The position numbers were made by a program, and so were the translations under genes. DNA of 63,442 nucleotides, filler included, from Lenisia limosa (taxonomy: Eukaryota > Protista > Breviatea): the NCBI GenBank assembly GCA_001655205.1. It is 17 parts of 17 records of this genome, joined end to end, with 100 filler letters (N's around TTAATTAATTAA, not from the genome) between each part and the next. Parts side by side here need not be neighbours in the genome. Positions count along the whole stretch, not along the records: positions 10,057 to 15,645 come from LPNZ01007484.1; positions 15,746 to 17,410 come from LPNZ01003944.1; positions 17,511 to 21,312 come from LPNZ01003155.1; 14 more parts are not named here. One strand, given 5' to 3'. The notes below the pieces were generated by a model. That model was not told the DNA's origin and searched no databases. It worked only from the letters and a program-made list of their open reading frames with translations. Below, piece after piece: positions 10,057 to 21,412 of this stretch (within the stretch, counting starts at the first letter, position 1; every line of letters starts with the position of its first letter).

Positions 10057-12046
10057 ATACGACGGGGGCAGCCGTAACTGTTCATCGACGGGAAGTTGGC
10101 GGCGGTATTGTGCACAACCTGGTTGAAGACAGTCCTAGGTTTATTAAATATGCATTTATTTATATTTACAATATTAACATGAGTGGCTTCACTTCGGTAA
10201 AAAGAATGAATATCTCGATAAATCCTCGAAAACTATTGATATTTTACTAGGTTTTTCCGAACCGAAGTGAAGACCTATTTCCAATATACTCGCATACCCC
10301 TTCTCTCCCAATCCTTAATTTGAAATTCCTAATATACTCCAATAAAATTAGATGGGATGGGCTGCTGCAAAAGCGACTTTGTTTATTAACCCTTGTATGT
10401 TGTCTGTCAGCCAACAGAGTTGATTTGGGTTTTTTTTTGTTTCACAAATTTTCCAATTTTACTCCCTGCCCCCCAACTGGAAAAGCTGATCGACTTGATG
10501 GAGGGTAAGGCAGACCTTGCCGGTGTAGAGCTGAAGGTCAATTCAAAATGTGAATCCAAATAAATACTCAATTCTGTTTAATTCAAATATAATATTCAAT
10601 TCAACTATTAATTCAAATATACTCAATTCAAAATGTCAATCCATATCCTTGGGCTCTGTGCAATGAATTGGTTGAGAGAATTAATTGGCAAAATTAGAAT
10701 TCTCATTCCAATAGGTCCGACTTCAATTTTGGAAATTAATTTTTCAATTAACTGCACGGAGCCCTACCAAATATTCAATCAACTGTTAATCCAACAGTCA
10801 ATCAATTCCGATTGTATGATTTAAAGATATATGATATATTACATGAATATATAAAGACAGATATCAAGATCCCAGCCCACCGCATGGTAGTTCACGCCGA
10901 GGGCTTCAATTTTCTTTTGGGCTCCGGCGGCGTCAAGGTTAAATCCGATTCCGACGGTGCGGTACCCGCGGCTGTCGGTGTAGGCGCACTGTGGGGTTAT
11001 ATATTGATGGGGTATTATTGTATACAGAATATGTAATACAATGTTAATTTCATAAATATGACATACAAATTTGCAAGACACATCCCACCCCTCTGTCCCA
11101 TCAACANNNNNNNNNNNNNNNNNNNNNNNNNNNNNNNNNNNNNNNNNNNNNNNNNNNNNNNNNNNNNNNNNNNNNNNNNNNNNNNNNNNNNNNNNNNNNA
11201 CATACCTTACGGACGCCTTCATTGTGCTGAAATAGTTAATGAGGAAGAAGAATCGCAACACTATCACAGGCAGAATGATATTTTTATAAAAAATAAATTC
11301 TTGGGGAATAATTTCTTCAAAAAATTAATTCAATGTAGTCCTGGTTTTATGAATATAATGAATTTTCAGCTAAAGCTGAAAATAAATGATAAAAAAAAAA
11401 AAAAATTATAACGTATAAACAAACAAAATGTTATACCCCCCACTCCAATGTAGTCTTCAACAAGGGTGTTGTTGCAGGATGCCAGTGATGAGCCAAACTG
11501 CAGCGCCACCAGAATGGCAAGGAAAAGGTAGGTGAAGTTCCTGAGGGGAGTAAAACGAAGGAAATTTCGATTAAGAATATTGGCGTACAGGTATTACTAA
11601 GGGGGGGGGGGGGANNNNNNNNNNNNNNNNNNNNNNNNNNNNNNNNNNNNNNNNNNNNNNNNNNNNNNNNNNNNNNNNNNNNNNNNNNNNNNNNNNNNNN
11701 NNNNNNNNNNAGAATTTATGAAACAAAAAAAACCCAAATCAACTCTGTTGGCTAACATATCTCTCAGATATTAGATTTCTATCAGATTGCTCAGATTTTT
11801 ATCAAAATTCATGGCAAAGGATGGGGGGCGTATACCGACAACAAGACTGAAGGGTTGTTATGAGAATGATCATCCGAGAAAAAAATATCTTCAACTTGTC
11901 AAAATAGCATATATTGATTCTGTTCTGTTTTTAAGTGCTGCTGCTTGTGCTGCTAGTCGAGTTACAAGATCAATCAGCTCGGATGTATATCAATTCTCCT
12001 CCCCCCCACTAAAATACTATTCAAATATAGATACCAATGCTTACAT
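10057..12046 (-). CDS. Secreted phage T4-type (GH24) lysozyme, 3' truncated
   Basis: Spliced product MNFTYLFLAILVALQFGSSLA (signal-peptide-like)..YIG-HNEGVRK-CAYTDSRGYRTVGIGFNLDAAGA..-LYTGKVCLTLHQVDQLFQ-TVFNQVV. The E-x8-D-x5-T spacing matches the T4 lysozyme Glu11/Asp20/Thr26 triad. The exact start is less certain. Confidence 0.85.
10184..10277. mobile_element. MITE family C copy
   Basis: TIRs GGCTTCACTTCGGT..ACCGAAGTGAAGAC-TA with the family core ctcgataaatcctcgaaaactat. Confidence 0.85.
10362..10477 (+). mobile_element. Family A copy, antisense to lysozyme gene, abutting the intron donor
   Basis: cagccaacagagttgatttggg..cacaaattttccaattttactccctgccccccaac. The terminal AC is the GT donor of the minus-strand intron, and exon phases on both sides are consistent. 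Confidence 0.8.
10650..10766. mobile_element. MITE family F copy
   Basis: Ends gggctctgtgcaatgaatt..aattaactgcacggagcccta. Related ends occur at 27357-27509 and 32708-32751. Confidence 0.7.
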
Positions 12047-12426
12047 TTTTGATCAGACTCGGTGCGAAGTAAGCCAACGGTACGTACTATCTAAATCGAT
12101 CATTCACGAAGAAAAGAAAAGTATTTATATGACTTCGTTTACTTATATGTAGGTGTACCACTTCACTAGACTCAGCATACCTCTAAAAACCAATATTTTT
12201 TTAAAAAAACGAAAGTTTTTATAGGGTATATAAATAATACATACTCCATGGAAGTGTTTCTAAACGCAAAATCTGAAATGAGAGCAATTCTTTGACAACT
12301 GACACTGGGAGATGTTGTAGAATAGTATAATAATGCTGTTTAGAGGATGAGTAGCACTATTTGTCTTCATTATATAATTTCAAAAAAGGGAGCCAGCCTT
12401 CTTAGCCTCCGTTTTCCGTTGCTTTT

Positions 12427-15315
12427 ATGAGCGAACCTCAAAATGAAGCCGAAAAGGTTCCATTGCCCATAAATGTGGGGACTTGTGTGTTTTTCTAACA
12501 CTTTACTATCCGAGTTAGGAGCACATGGGTATATAAGAGTATACTACTCATTCAAACACGAGATTTTGCAAAGTTCTCCCACCAAGGCAGCTTTCCTCCA
12601 TGATATTCATGAATCTTCCTTGTTATGCCGGGGAGGCTCATTTAAATCTGTGCGTACATAGTTGTAAGGGGTGAATCAATGTAACAATAACCCAGTATAT
12701 CTTATAACTGAAATGATATTAAGCTTTTGCTTGAACCCACCTTTTTTTTAATATTATTCATCTCTAAGCGTGGTTAACGGCTTTTGCCAGACACAACAGC
12801 GTGATATACTTATCCAGATACATACATACATTGATGAAAAATATATTTCCCAGTAGGGCTTCACTTCAGTTCAAAAAAGACTGAATCTCTGGATAAATCC
12901 TAGAATTATCAATATTTTCAAGAACCGAAGTGAAGCCCTACTTACCACACACAAAAGGCATTAATCTCTCCAGGATCCCCTGATCGTTTGGAACATCCCC
13001 CTCACATTTGAAGTACCAGACTTACGCGCTTTTTTTGGTGCCGGTAGGGGGGGGGGGGNNNNNNNNNNNNNNNNNNNNNNNNNNNNNNNNNNNNNNNNNN
13101 NNNNNNNNNNNNNNNNNNNNNNNNNNNNNNNNNNNNNNNNNNNNNNNNNGAATTTCTCGATAATTCCTTGATAAATATCGATATTTGACCGTCTTTTTCG
13201 AACCGAAGTGAAGCCCTACGTCTACTAGGAATAGATCCCTCTATCAGTCACAATATAAGGTTATTTCTGAGGCCGCCTTACATATTCTTTGCAGGGGTTT
13301 AGCTTAGACCCATTAGTGCTGTTTGACGCTAAAATCAACCGTATATTGACCATAGTTTGTGACAGTTAGCAAAGAATGGCAGGGTACTACAGTTACACAC
13401 TACTATTCTTTTTTCTACATTGCCAAGTAACTCATTCCTATAACCCCCCTCCAACCCCCCCATAACATTGTATCATACACCTCACAAGAAACCTCTGTAG
13501 CATACTCAGATAAAAACTTCCGCATCTCATATTTCAACCGTGTTTTCAGCATCGTATGTCAGCTTTCAACCATCAGCTTTCAACCGTGTTTTCAGCATCT
13601 CATTTTTTTCAGCCACAGAATCTAGGTCTTTCCGCGTCTTCCACTTTCTGGCTCGTCCCATGCCGGGTTGGAGGTGTATAAATAATACAGAGAGAGGGAG
13701 GGCATACGTGGAGGTGGCTAGTTAATTGGGAGTGAAGGAGGCAGGGAAAAACGGGGGGTTAATACGTTGGTTGGGGTGAGGGGTATGTAGGGCTTCCCTG
13801 TGCTCCTAAAAGACCTGTATCAATACTTTTCGAGAGTTTATCGAGAAATCGTGTCTTTTTTCGAACCGTAGTGAATCCCTAGTTTTGATAGTGAGGAACT
13901 GTTTTCACTCAGATTCATTCCAGGTGGACAAAGACCGGTAAAATATCGATATTCATGGAAGAGTTATCGAGAAATTCAGTCTTTTTTGGGACAGCAAGCT
14001 GTAGGGCTGTGAAAGTAATCATTGATACAGCCGTGTTTTTTTTTACCTCATTGCTAAAAACTAACCGTGATTAGATGGGGAGAGGGCACACAGTAAATCA
14101 TCAGGCCCAATGCTCTGCTGCGTACTTCGTTTGAACGATGAGGTGTCGCCAGCTGCCTTCATGGAATACTACAATGGTTGGAAATGGAAAATACTACAAG
14201 GGTTGGAAAATGGGGTTTGTTAATCGAATACTATGGGGTAAAAGAGTNNNNNNNNNNNNNNNNNNNNNNNNNNNNNNNNNNNNNNNNNNNNNNNNNNNNN
14301 NNNNNNNNNNNNNNNNNNNNNNNNNNNNNNNNNNGCTGGGGAGGCACGCAGAAAGCTGTGTGCACAGAGTTGTAAGACAGATGATTGGGTGAATTAGTAT
14401 TATCTCTTATAAGCGTGATGGTGGACTGCTTCGGCCAGATACATCCTTATTTTTTATTTCTCAATGCTATATAGAATATAATTAAACTGTTTATTGAAGA
14501 AAATATTGGGACGCAGTAAACATGGAAACATAAGTTGGATATATAATATGATATGTATATCATCGAAATGCCCTTAGAATTACAAGTTTTCCAAATTTTA
14601 CACCCCCCCCCCCCTCTAGAAAAGGTTTGGTTTNNNNNNNNNNNNNNNNNNNNNNNNNNNNNNNNNNNNNNNNNNNNNNNNNNNNNNNNNNNNNNNNNNN
14701 NNNNNNNNNNNNNNNNNNNNNNNNCCCTTCATGTCGAGTGTCTGTTATTGGTAAAGATGGAGGTGTGTGGGAGTGTTGTTTTTTCGGGGGGATTTCAACT
14801 AGGGTCCAAATAAGACATGTATTTCATGAATTTCTATAAAACCTCGATTTAGAGTCATTTCAACATATTGCAAGGACAGCAATATACCTTTATGAAGTTA
14901 CTGGCTTGGGGTAGATTCTATTGATGTAATGAGGCAGATATTATCTACTAAATGATGTGATGATGTAGATGTCAGCTCATTATTATACTTTAAATTCGGG
15001 TTAATTAATGTTATTCTATAATTCAGTATGCTGGGGAGGCTGCAGAAAGCTGTGTGCACAGAGTTGTCAGGCAAATGATTGGGTGAGCTAATATTATAGA
15101 TTTCTCATCTAACCATCCCCCATAATATTAAACCCAAATGTTTGTTACATGGGGATTTTTTAGCAATGTATCCTTATCTATCATATGGAAGGTTTTGGCC
15201 AGATCCATACCTTCTTTCTAAAAATACAAAGCAGGTAAATGCCGCTTTAACCTTTTAGTGGGAAGCGAAAAGGATCCGAAGGACGAGACTTGGAACATGA
15301 AGAGGAACTTCGTGA
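12427..15315 (+). CDS. Hypothetical multi-exon protein
   Basis: GC-richer open blocks bounded by AG/GT: MSEPQNEAEKVPLPIN, LSSMIFMNLPCYAGEAHLNLC, DPLIVWNIPSHLKYQTYALFLVP, GPMLCCVLRLNDEVSPAAFMEYYN. No family recognised. Confidence 0.45.
12854..12940. mobile_element. MITE family C copy
   Basis: TA-GGGCTTCACTTCAGTTC..GAACCGAAGTGAAGCCC-TA. Confidence 0.9.
14335..14472 (+). mobile_element. Dispersed repeat family D copy
   Basis: gctggggaggcacgcagaaagctgtgtgcacagagttgtaag..ctcttataagcgtgatggtggactgcttcggccagatac..ttctcaatgctata. Homologues at 15023-15212, 52196-52320 and 55245-55378 (reverse), plus fragments. Confidence 0.85.
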
Positions 15316-15981
15316 GTCCTAAAGAGGGTGGGTCCCCGAGGGAAGCGTAAAGTTTGACTATTTATCCAAGGGGGAGGGGGTTAACGAATCCGCTAATTCA
15401 TTCTTTTGAATTATTCAAATGGAGTTGGTATGTTGGGAATTACTCATAAAAAAAGTAAAGTCATATAATACAATTCGTTCGGAAAACAAGGTGTAGAACT
15501 TAGATATATATATGATATATATTACTGAACCAGCCCCTTTTTTTGTTGTGTTGATACATATATATCCCTCTAGTAAGGCCAAAATTCTTCTTCGGAAAAT
15601 CCTTCTTTTGTCCCCCTCACGCTGGAGTGATGGGATGCGGTGCTANNNNNNNNNNNNNNNNNNNNNNNNNNNNNNNNNNNNNNNNNNNNTTAATTAATTA
15701 ANNNNNNNNNNNNNNNNNNNNNNNNNNNNNNNNNNNNNNNNNNNNGGGGAGTGGGGGTATCAAATAGATATGATATGTGTATGTATATGTACATATATAC
15801 TATAGTATTATAATTACTTGGGGGGGTTATACGGGGGGGTTCGTGTGGAAGGGGATACAAAGTGACAAATTCACAGGGATAAATTTTACTCCCCTTTCTC
15901 AGGTTGAGAAACAAATAAAAATATACGAGAAAAAAAATCAGAAAATTTAATGGGATACTTACTCCATTTCTTACCTCTCAG

Positions 15982-17410
15982 GTTGAGAAGGACATAATCA
16001 CCAACTTGGCTCTGCGATCACCCATGATCTACAGAGGCACTTTCGATAGACGTACGGGGGGGGGGGGNNNNNNNNNNNNNNNNNNNNNNNNNNNNNNNNN
16101 NNNNNNNNNNNNNNNNNNNNNNNNNNNNNNNNNNNNNNNNNNNNNNNNNNNNNNNNNNNNNNNNNNNNNNNNNNNNNNNCTTTATTCTCTCCATTTCAGT
16201 TTTCCTTATTCCCTTTCATTAACCCTCACAATTCCCTTACGTTTCCCCTTGGAAATTCCTAAATACTCCAGCCAACCTCCACTTCAGCATTAAACCGCAA
16301 CACAGCCGTCTGATCGATCTTGGACCTTTCCTTGATCCCTCTTCAGTGGGTTTGGATCGCTAATTTGTCAATTTTATCAGTGCTCAGTTTGTCGATATTT
16401 TTCTAAGTTTTATCGTTAAACAGTCTATTTTTTCGAAGATCTTTTGATTCCTTTTTTACATATATTTACATCGAATTAATTATTTATGTCCAATTTTAAC
16501 TAACTCAGCCAATATCCCTCATCTACGTCAGGATATATCGAGAATGTATCGATTTTTTTTTTTTTGAAAATTTTCCTTCGATATTGTTGTACCTCTCCAA
16601 TTGTCACTATCATCTACATAATTACTTGGTTCCAACCAATGCTGAATATATTGACATTTTTCGAGGATTATAAATACAATGACCTGCAAGTCTTGACCTG
16701 TTTTCCTTTGGAAATCACAGAGCAAATCGGTCAAGACTTATCCCAGTTCCTGTAGTTTTTTTCTTTCTTCTCTTTTTTTTTCCTTGTAACTCCTTCAGCC
16801 CATCCCACCCACAATCATCTACGTAATGACTCGAAAGGAAGTTGATGAGCTGGCAGCACATGTACAAGTGGGGTGGAGGGTATTGAATGTTCAAGTAGAG
16901 AAAAGTGGGAGGTTATGCATGTTCAATTGTGTGTGAAAGGGTATAATTGTGAATTCAAGTAGGGGTGTTTTGGGGCTTTTTTTTTGTTTCTTAAATTTCC
17001 TTCGTTTTACTTCCCCAGTCCTACGGCGTTTCAGCGGTTCCGTACCATGCCGGGCTCACACCGAAAGTAGGGGGGGGGGGTAGTCAAGATGATTGGATGG
17101 GGGCATAATATTGGTATGGGCTACTATATCGCTTTTTTACAGTAAAGTCTCTATTAAAACCAGGAGATTACCGGTTTTTGAACAAGAAGCAGTAAAACAG
17201 ACTCCTAAACGCACTGTTTTTTGAAAGTGTTAGAATGTTTATTTATCAAAAGAAGAAGAGTAAATTCAAACAGTATATACCATCTATGATATATGTAATC
17301 ATATCATATATCCCCCCACAGGTACGAACAGCCAATCAAATGTTGTTTATGACGGACCAAGTGCGTGTGGTTGTCGCGACAGTCGCCTTTGGAATGGGCA
17401 TCAACAAACA
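15982..17410 (+). CDS. RecQ-family DNA helicase, internal fragment
   Basis: Exons VEKDIITNLAL..GTFDR, PTIIYVMTRKEVDELA, SAVPYHAGLTPK, RVVVATVAFGMGINK (RecQ motifs IV-V). Confidence 0.92.
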
Positions 17411-17648
17411 NNNNNNNNNNNNNNNNNNNNNNNNNNNNNNNNNNNNNNNNNNNNTTAATTAATTAANNNNNNNNNNNNNNNNNNNNNNNNNNNNNNNNNN
17501 NNNNNNNNNNGTGATGCAAGTAGAATTATAAACATAAACTTGACATTAAAATAGCTTATTACCTCCTCCAGTCATTTCCAGTACGCTTTAGTACATACAC
17601 CAACATTGGTACATGAACAGTAATGTATGCAGGTGGATAGGATATACC

Positions 17649-17744
17649 TAGGGCTTCACTTTAGTTCAAAAAATACCGGCAAAATAGTCATAGCTTTCGA
17701 GGATTTATCGAGAAAGTCTTTTTATGAACCGAAGTGAAGCCCTA
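17649..17744. mobile_element. MITE family C copy (opposite orientation)
   Basis: TA-GGGCTTCACTTTAGTTC..GAACCGAAGTGAAGCCC-TA with the core reversed. Confidence 0.9.
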
Positions 17745-18299
17745 GATAAAACTGACAATTAATATTTATGAGATAGTGAGTAAAACCCTCTAATAGTACA
17801 TTACACTTCAGAATAAGATTTGAAGAGAAGAAATAAAAAGAGGATTACATGGCAGAAGCCATACAACTAAAAAGAGGATCACCTGGCAGAAGCCATACAA
17901 CTACATATGAGACAGCAAGAAATACAATCCATATATCGATATGTAGTAGTATAGCTGTTAGTAAAGCTCTGAAAATAGTAAGCATTAAAACCTATCATAC
18001 TGAATCCCAATGTTATAACACTACTACTATAAGTAAGAAAAGATAAAAAAAAAAATGCTTTCAGTGAACAATTCACAGTACAATCTATATTACAGAATAT
18101 GTTAACCCATAGAGTGATATGATCATATGACCGACTGTTATGAACGAAGATAACACGAGGGTTCATCCCGAGTGTATCAGAGTATCATTGAAACTTGTCG
18201 GTCAATTATTTTACGAGTGGATATGAGGTATCATATCACTGCGTGGAAAATGATAGTTCACACGTGTGAAAATGATCCAAAAAGTGTTATCATAACAGA

Positions 18300-19528
18300 A
18301 TATGCGAATAGCAAGCAGTGAAGCAAACCGCGAGTTTGGGGGCATGGGGGAAGCCGTCAAGGGACTTGAGGATGTTGTTTCGCAAATAGAGGAACTGGGA
18401 GGGTAGGTAAGGAGACATAGCGATGAGGGATAATGTATGTATCTGGCCGAAGCCGTCCCCATATGAAGGTGGGGGGGAGACGAAATCTAAACACCCAAAT
18501 TATCAGCTCCGTACCTGAAGGGCGTTCTGTACGCCACCGAGACAGTCAATGTTTTTGACTTCTTTGTCGTTCAGCGCAATCTTCTGTTAGGGGTTAATAA
18601 CCTTTTTCAATAACTATATGGAGGTGACAGTTTGAGATTTTATTACAATACAAACATTCCCCATGTTTCATGCTGTGATAATCTCACCATCATTATATCT
18701 GATACCAACAAATCTCTCTTGCCACCACCAAAATCCATTTCTATTCCACTGAAAGTACCAAAGCCCCTCAACACTCTTGTGTTGTCAGCCAGCAGAGTTG
18801 ATTTCTTTTTTGGTTCATAAATTTTCCAATTTTACCCCCCCCCCCCTAGCNNNNNNNNNNNNNNNNNNNNNNNNNNNNNNNNNNNNNNNNNNNNNNNNNN
18901 NNNNNNNNNNNNNNNNNNNNNNNNNNNNNTAATCCCTTGAAGATGCTGCGGAGTCTTTGGTTTGACAACTATCTTTTTCTTTGGCTCCTTCAAGACGTGG
19001 GGGCGGTAGCGGCTGGTGGCTGGACGGGTTAGATCAAAGATCACGGGATTTAATAATGATGGAATTCTTGGAGCGAGAAATAACTGCCGTGTATATTTTT
19101 TTGAACAACAAAAGGTATATATATTTAAGAGTTAGAAAAGGGATGCACATTGACCCATGAGGCAAAATGAGAAGAAAAACACATTAAAGGGTAATTGGAT
19201 AAGCAGAAAACAAACAACGTGGGGATATATGAAGCCTTCAATGGTCATACTGGACTGTTTTATTGAGCAAAGATCAATAATTAGAAGAATGGCGGTAAAT
19301 AGAAATTGATCAAGAGAAAAGGCACAATCTGAGAAATTGGGGAAAGTAGATAAAGGCAGAGAACATCAAGGAAAGAAGCAACCACTCTGATTTCGCGTAT
19401 TCACGGCCAATTTGGACCATACCAGTGGAAGGACGTGGGGATAGGACGGAAGAGCTTGCGGAAGGTGAGTTGAGATTGGAGGAAACCCTGGGTCTACGAC
19501 CCCCCGCTGATGAGGGTCGAGGTGGCAT
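18300..19528 (-). CDS. Leucine-rich repeat protein with Ser/Pro/Arg-rich N-terminus, partial
   Basis: MPPRPSSAGGRRPRVSSNLNSPS.., then KIALNDKEVKNIDCLGGVQNALQ-FLYLRNNILKSLDGFPHAPKL (LxxLxLxxNxIxxL repeat). Confidence 0.7.
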
Positions 19529-19791
19529 TTTAATGGATTTAAACACTAATCAACGACTTGCTTTCGCCATACAAGGCAGTAGACGAGATGACTAAACCAA
19601 ACCAGATGTACTCAAACTAGCTAAGTAACCTTTTTGTTAATTTTATGAGCTAAAAAAATGACTTTATCCAGGATTGTCACAAAAAACCAAAATTTCAAAT
19701 ACTGGAACCTCGGTCGCCGTAGTTTGCTTTTATTCCAAACCTTCTCACTTTCTGGGCCTCTTTTGTGTTAGTTTGTTAACTTATCTACACA

Positions 19792-21230
19792 ATGGCGGCA
19801 AAGAGAAAGAGAGGAGGCAAGGCGAAGGCTCCGATGGTTGGTCATCTACTCATGTTTGTGATATTTACCCTTTTAGCCAAAATGTAAGCCCCCAGCTTGT
19901 CATTAAGGGAGTTTATAGTGTTTTATGCGACTCCAAGTGCCATACCTTCTTTTGTTACATTGATCTGTTCTTGCACCCTCACTTCTTAGGTACCGAAAGA
20001 GTTCCTTGGGACATTGTAGGGAGCATTGGTAGGCTTACAGCGTTTTTGGCTTATCGCCTTCCACTCCTCATCATTCATGCGGCTTGAGTTATCATCATAA
20101 TCCAAACATACCACTTGTTGTGTTGTCGTATTGCCTGTTTCTGTTCCTAAGTTCTGTTTCAATGAGGCTTTACCACAGAAAAGACTGACCATCCCAGACG
20201 GCATGATTTTGGAGGAGTGCCCAGGAGACTACTTCGAATTTGTCGATGGAATGATGGTGGGGGGATGGAATCATGACCCATATATACACTAGCGTTCATA
20301 ATTTCGACTTGAAAGTCGGTCATATGATCATATCACTGGTGTATATATGGAATTCTTCTTTGTTTCACCCCTTCCCCCTTGTGTGTTGATTCTGTTTTTT
20401 TTTTATTTTATATATTTATCTATTTTTACCCCCCCCCCCCANNNNNNNNNNNNNNNNNNNNNNNNNNNNNNNNNNNNNNNNNNNNNNNNNNNNNNNNNNN
20501 NNNNNNNNNNNNNNNNNATCTGTGACGCCATGTCCACAGAGGTTTCAGAGAAGGTGCGGTGGCGGAGTGAGGTTGTCGATAAATCATCGAAAAGTATCGA
20601 AATAAAATGATATACAGTGACCAGGATAAGTCTTGACTTATTGTCTTTGGTAAATCGGCCAATTGGCCAAGACTTATCCAGCCACTGTATATTTTATGAT
20701 ATATTCGGCCGCATCATAATGGATAAGAAATGTACAGTAACCGCAATATAATTAAATACTTGCATTTTCAAGTGGCATAGTTTTGCGTGCTTTGTACTGT
20801 TGCAGAGGTTAAGTAGAGCCATTTAGCAGGTTTGCTAAGAGTTTGTGAATTGCTTAGGGTATTGGGGGTTCATTATCTAGGATCCTAATGGAGCAAGTTT
20901 CAAGGCTGATTTTGCATTCTCATCATCAGCTCCTGCCCTCCCCCTCTGATATTTTTCACAGCAAATAACAAACAGAACAAAATAGTAATGGCATCTACAT
21001 ACTGTGACTGGGATAAGTCTTGACCGATTTGCTATGTGATTTCCCAAGGAAAATCGGTCAGACTTATCCCGGACACTGCATACACTACATATGACATATG
21101 ATATATTCCCAATCCATTCCCTCATTTAGGCTTTTGTTTATTGTTTCAGAAATTTTCCGATTTTACTCCCCTCAGGTTCCTGATGAGGATGAAGAAGGCC
21201 GTTCCCAGGGATCTGACAACGACCATGATG
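19792..21230 (+). CDS. Hypothetical protein, 3' truncated
   Basis: Exons MAAKRKRGGKAKAPM, KRLTIPDGMILEECPGDYFEFVDGMM, ICDAMSTEVSEK, VPDEDEEGRSQGSDNDHD with canonical splice sites. Confidence 0.55.
20613..20689. mobile_element. Tc1/mariner-type MITE family E
   Basis: TA-CAGTGaccaggataagtcttgac..ccaagacttatccagcCACTG-TA. Further copies at 21000-21080, 16684-16746 and 34855-34926. Confidence 0.85.
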
Positions 21231-21412
21231 GTAGGTGCTGCAGAAGCGACTGGCCTGGACTTTGTTTGTTTTGTTATTATCAACCCTCGTGTGTCGTCAG
21301 CCAACAAAGTTGNNNNNNNNNNNNNNNNNNNNNNNNNNNNNNNNNNNNNNNNNNNNTTAATTAATTAANNNNNNNNNNNNNNNNNNNNNNNNNNNNNNNN
21401 NNNNNNNNNNNN

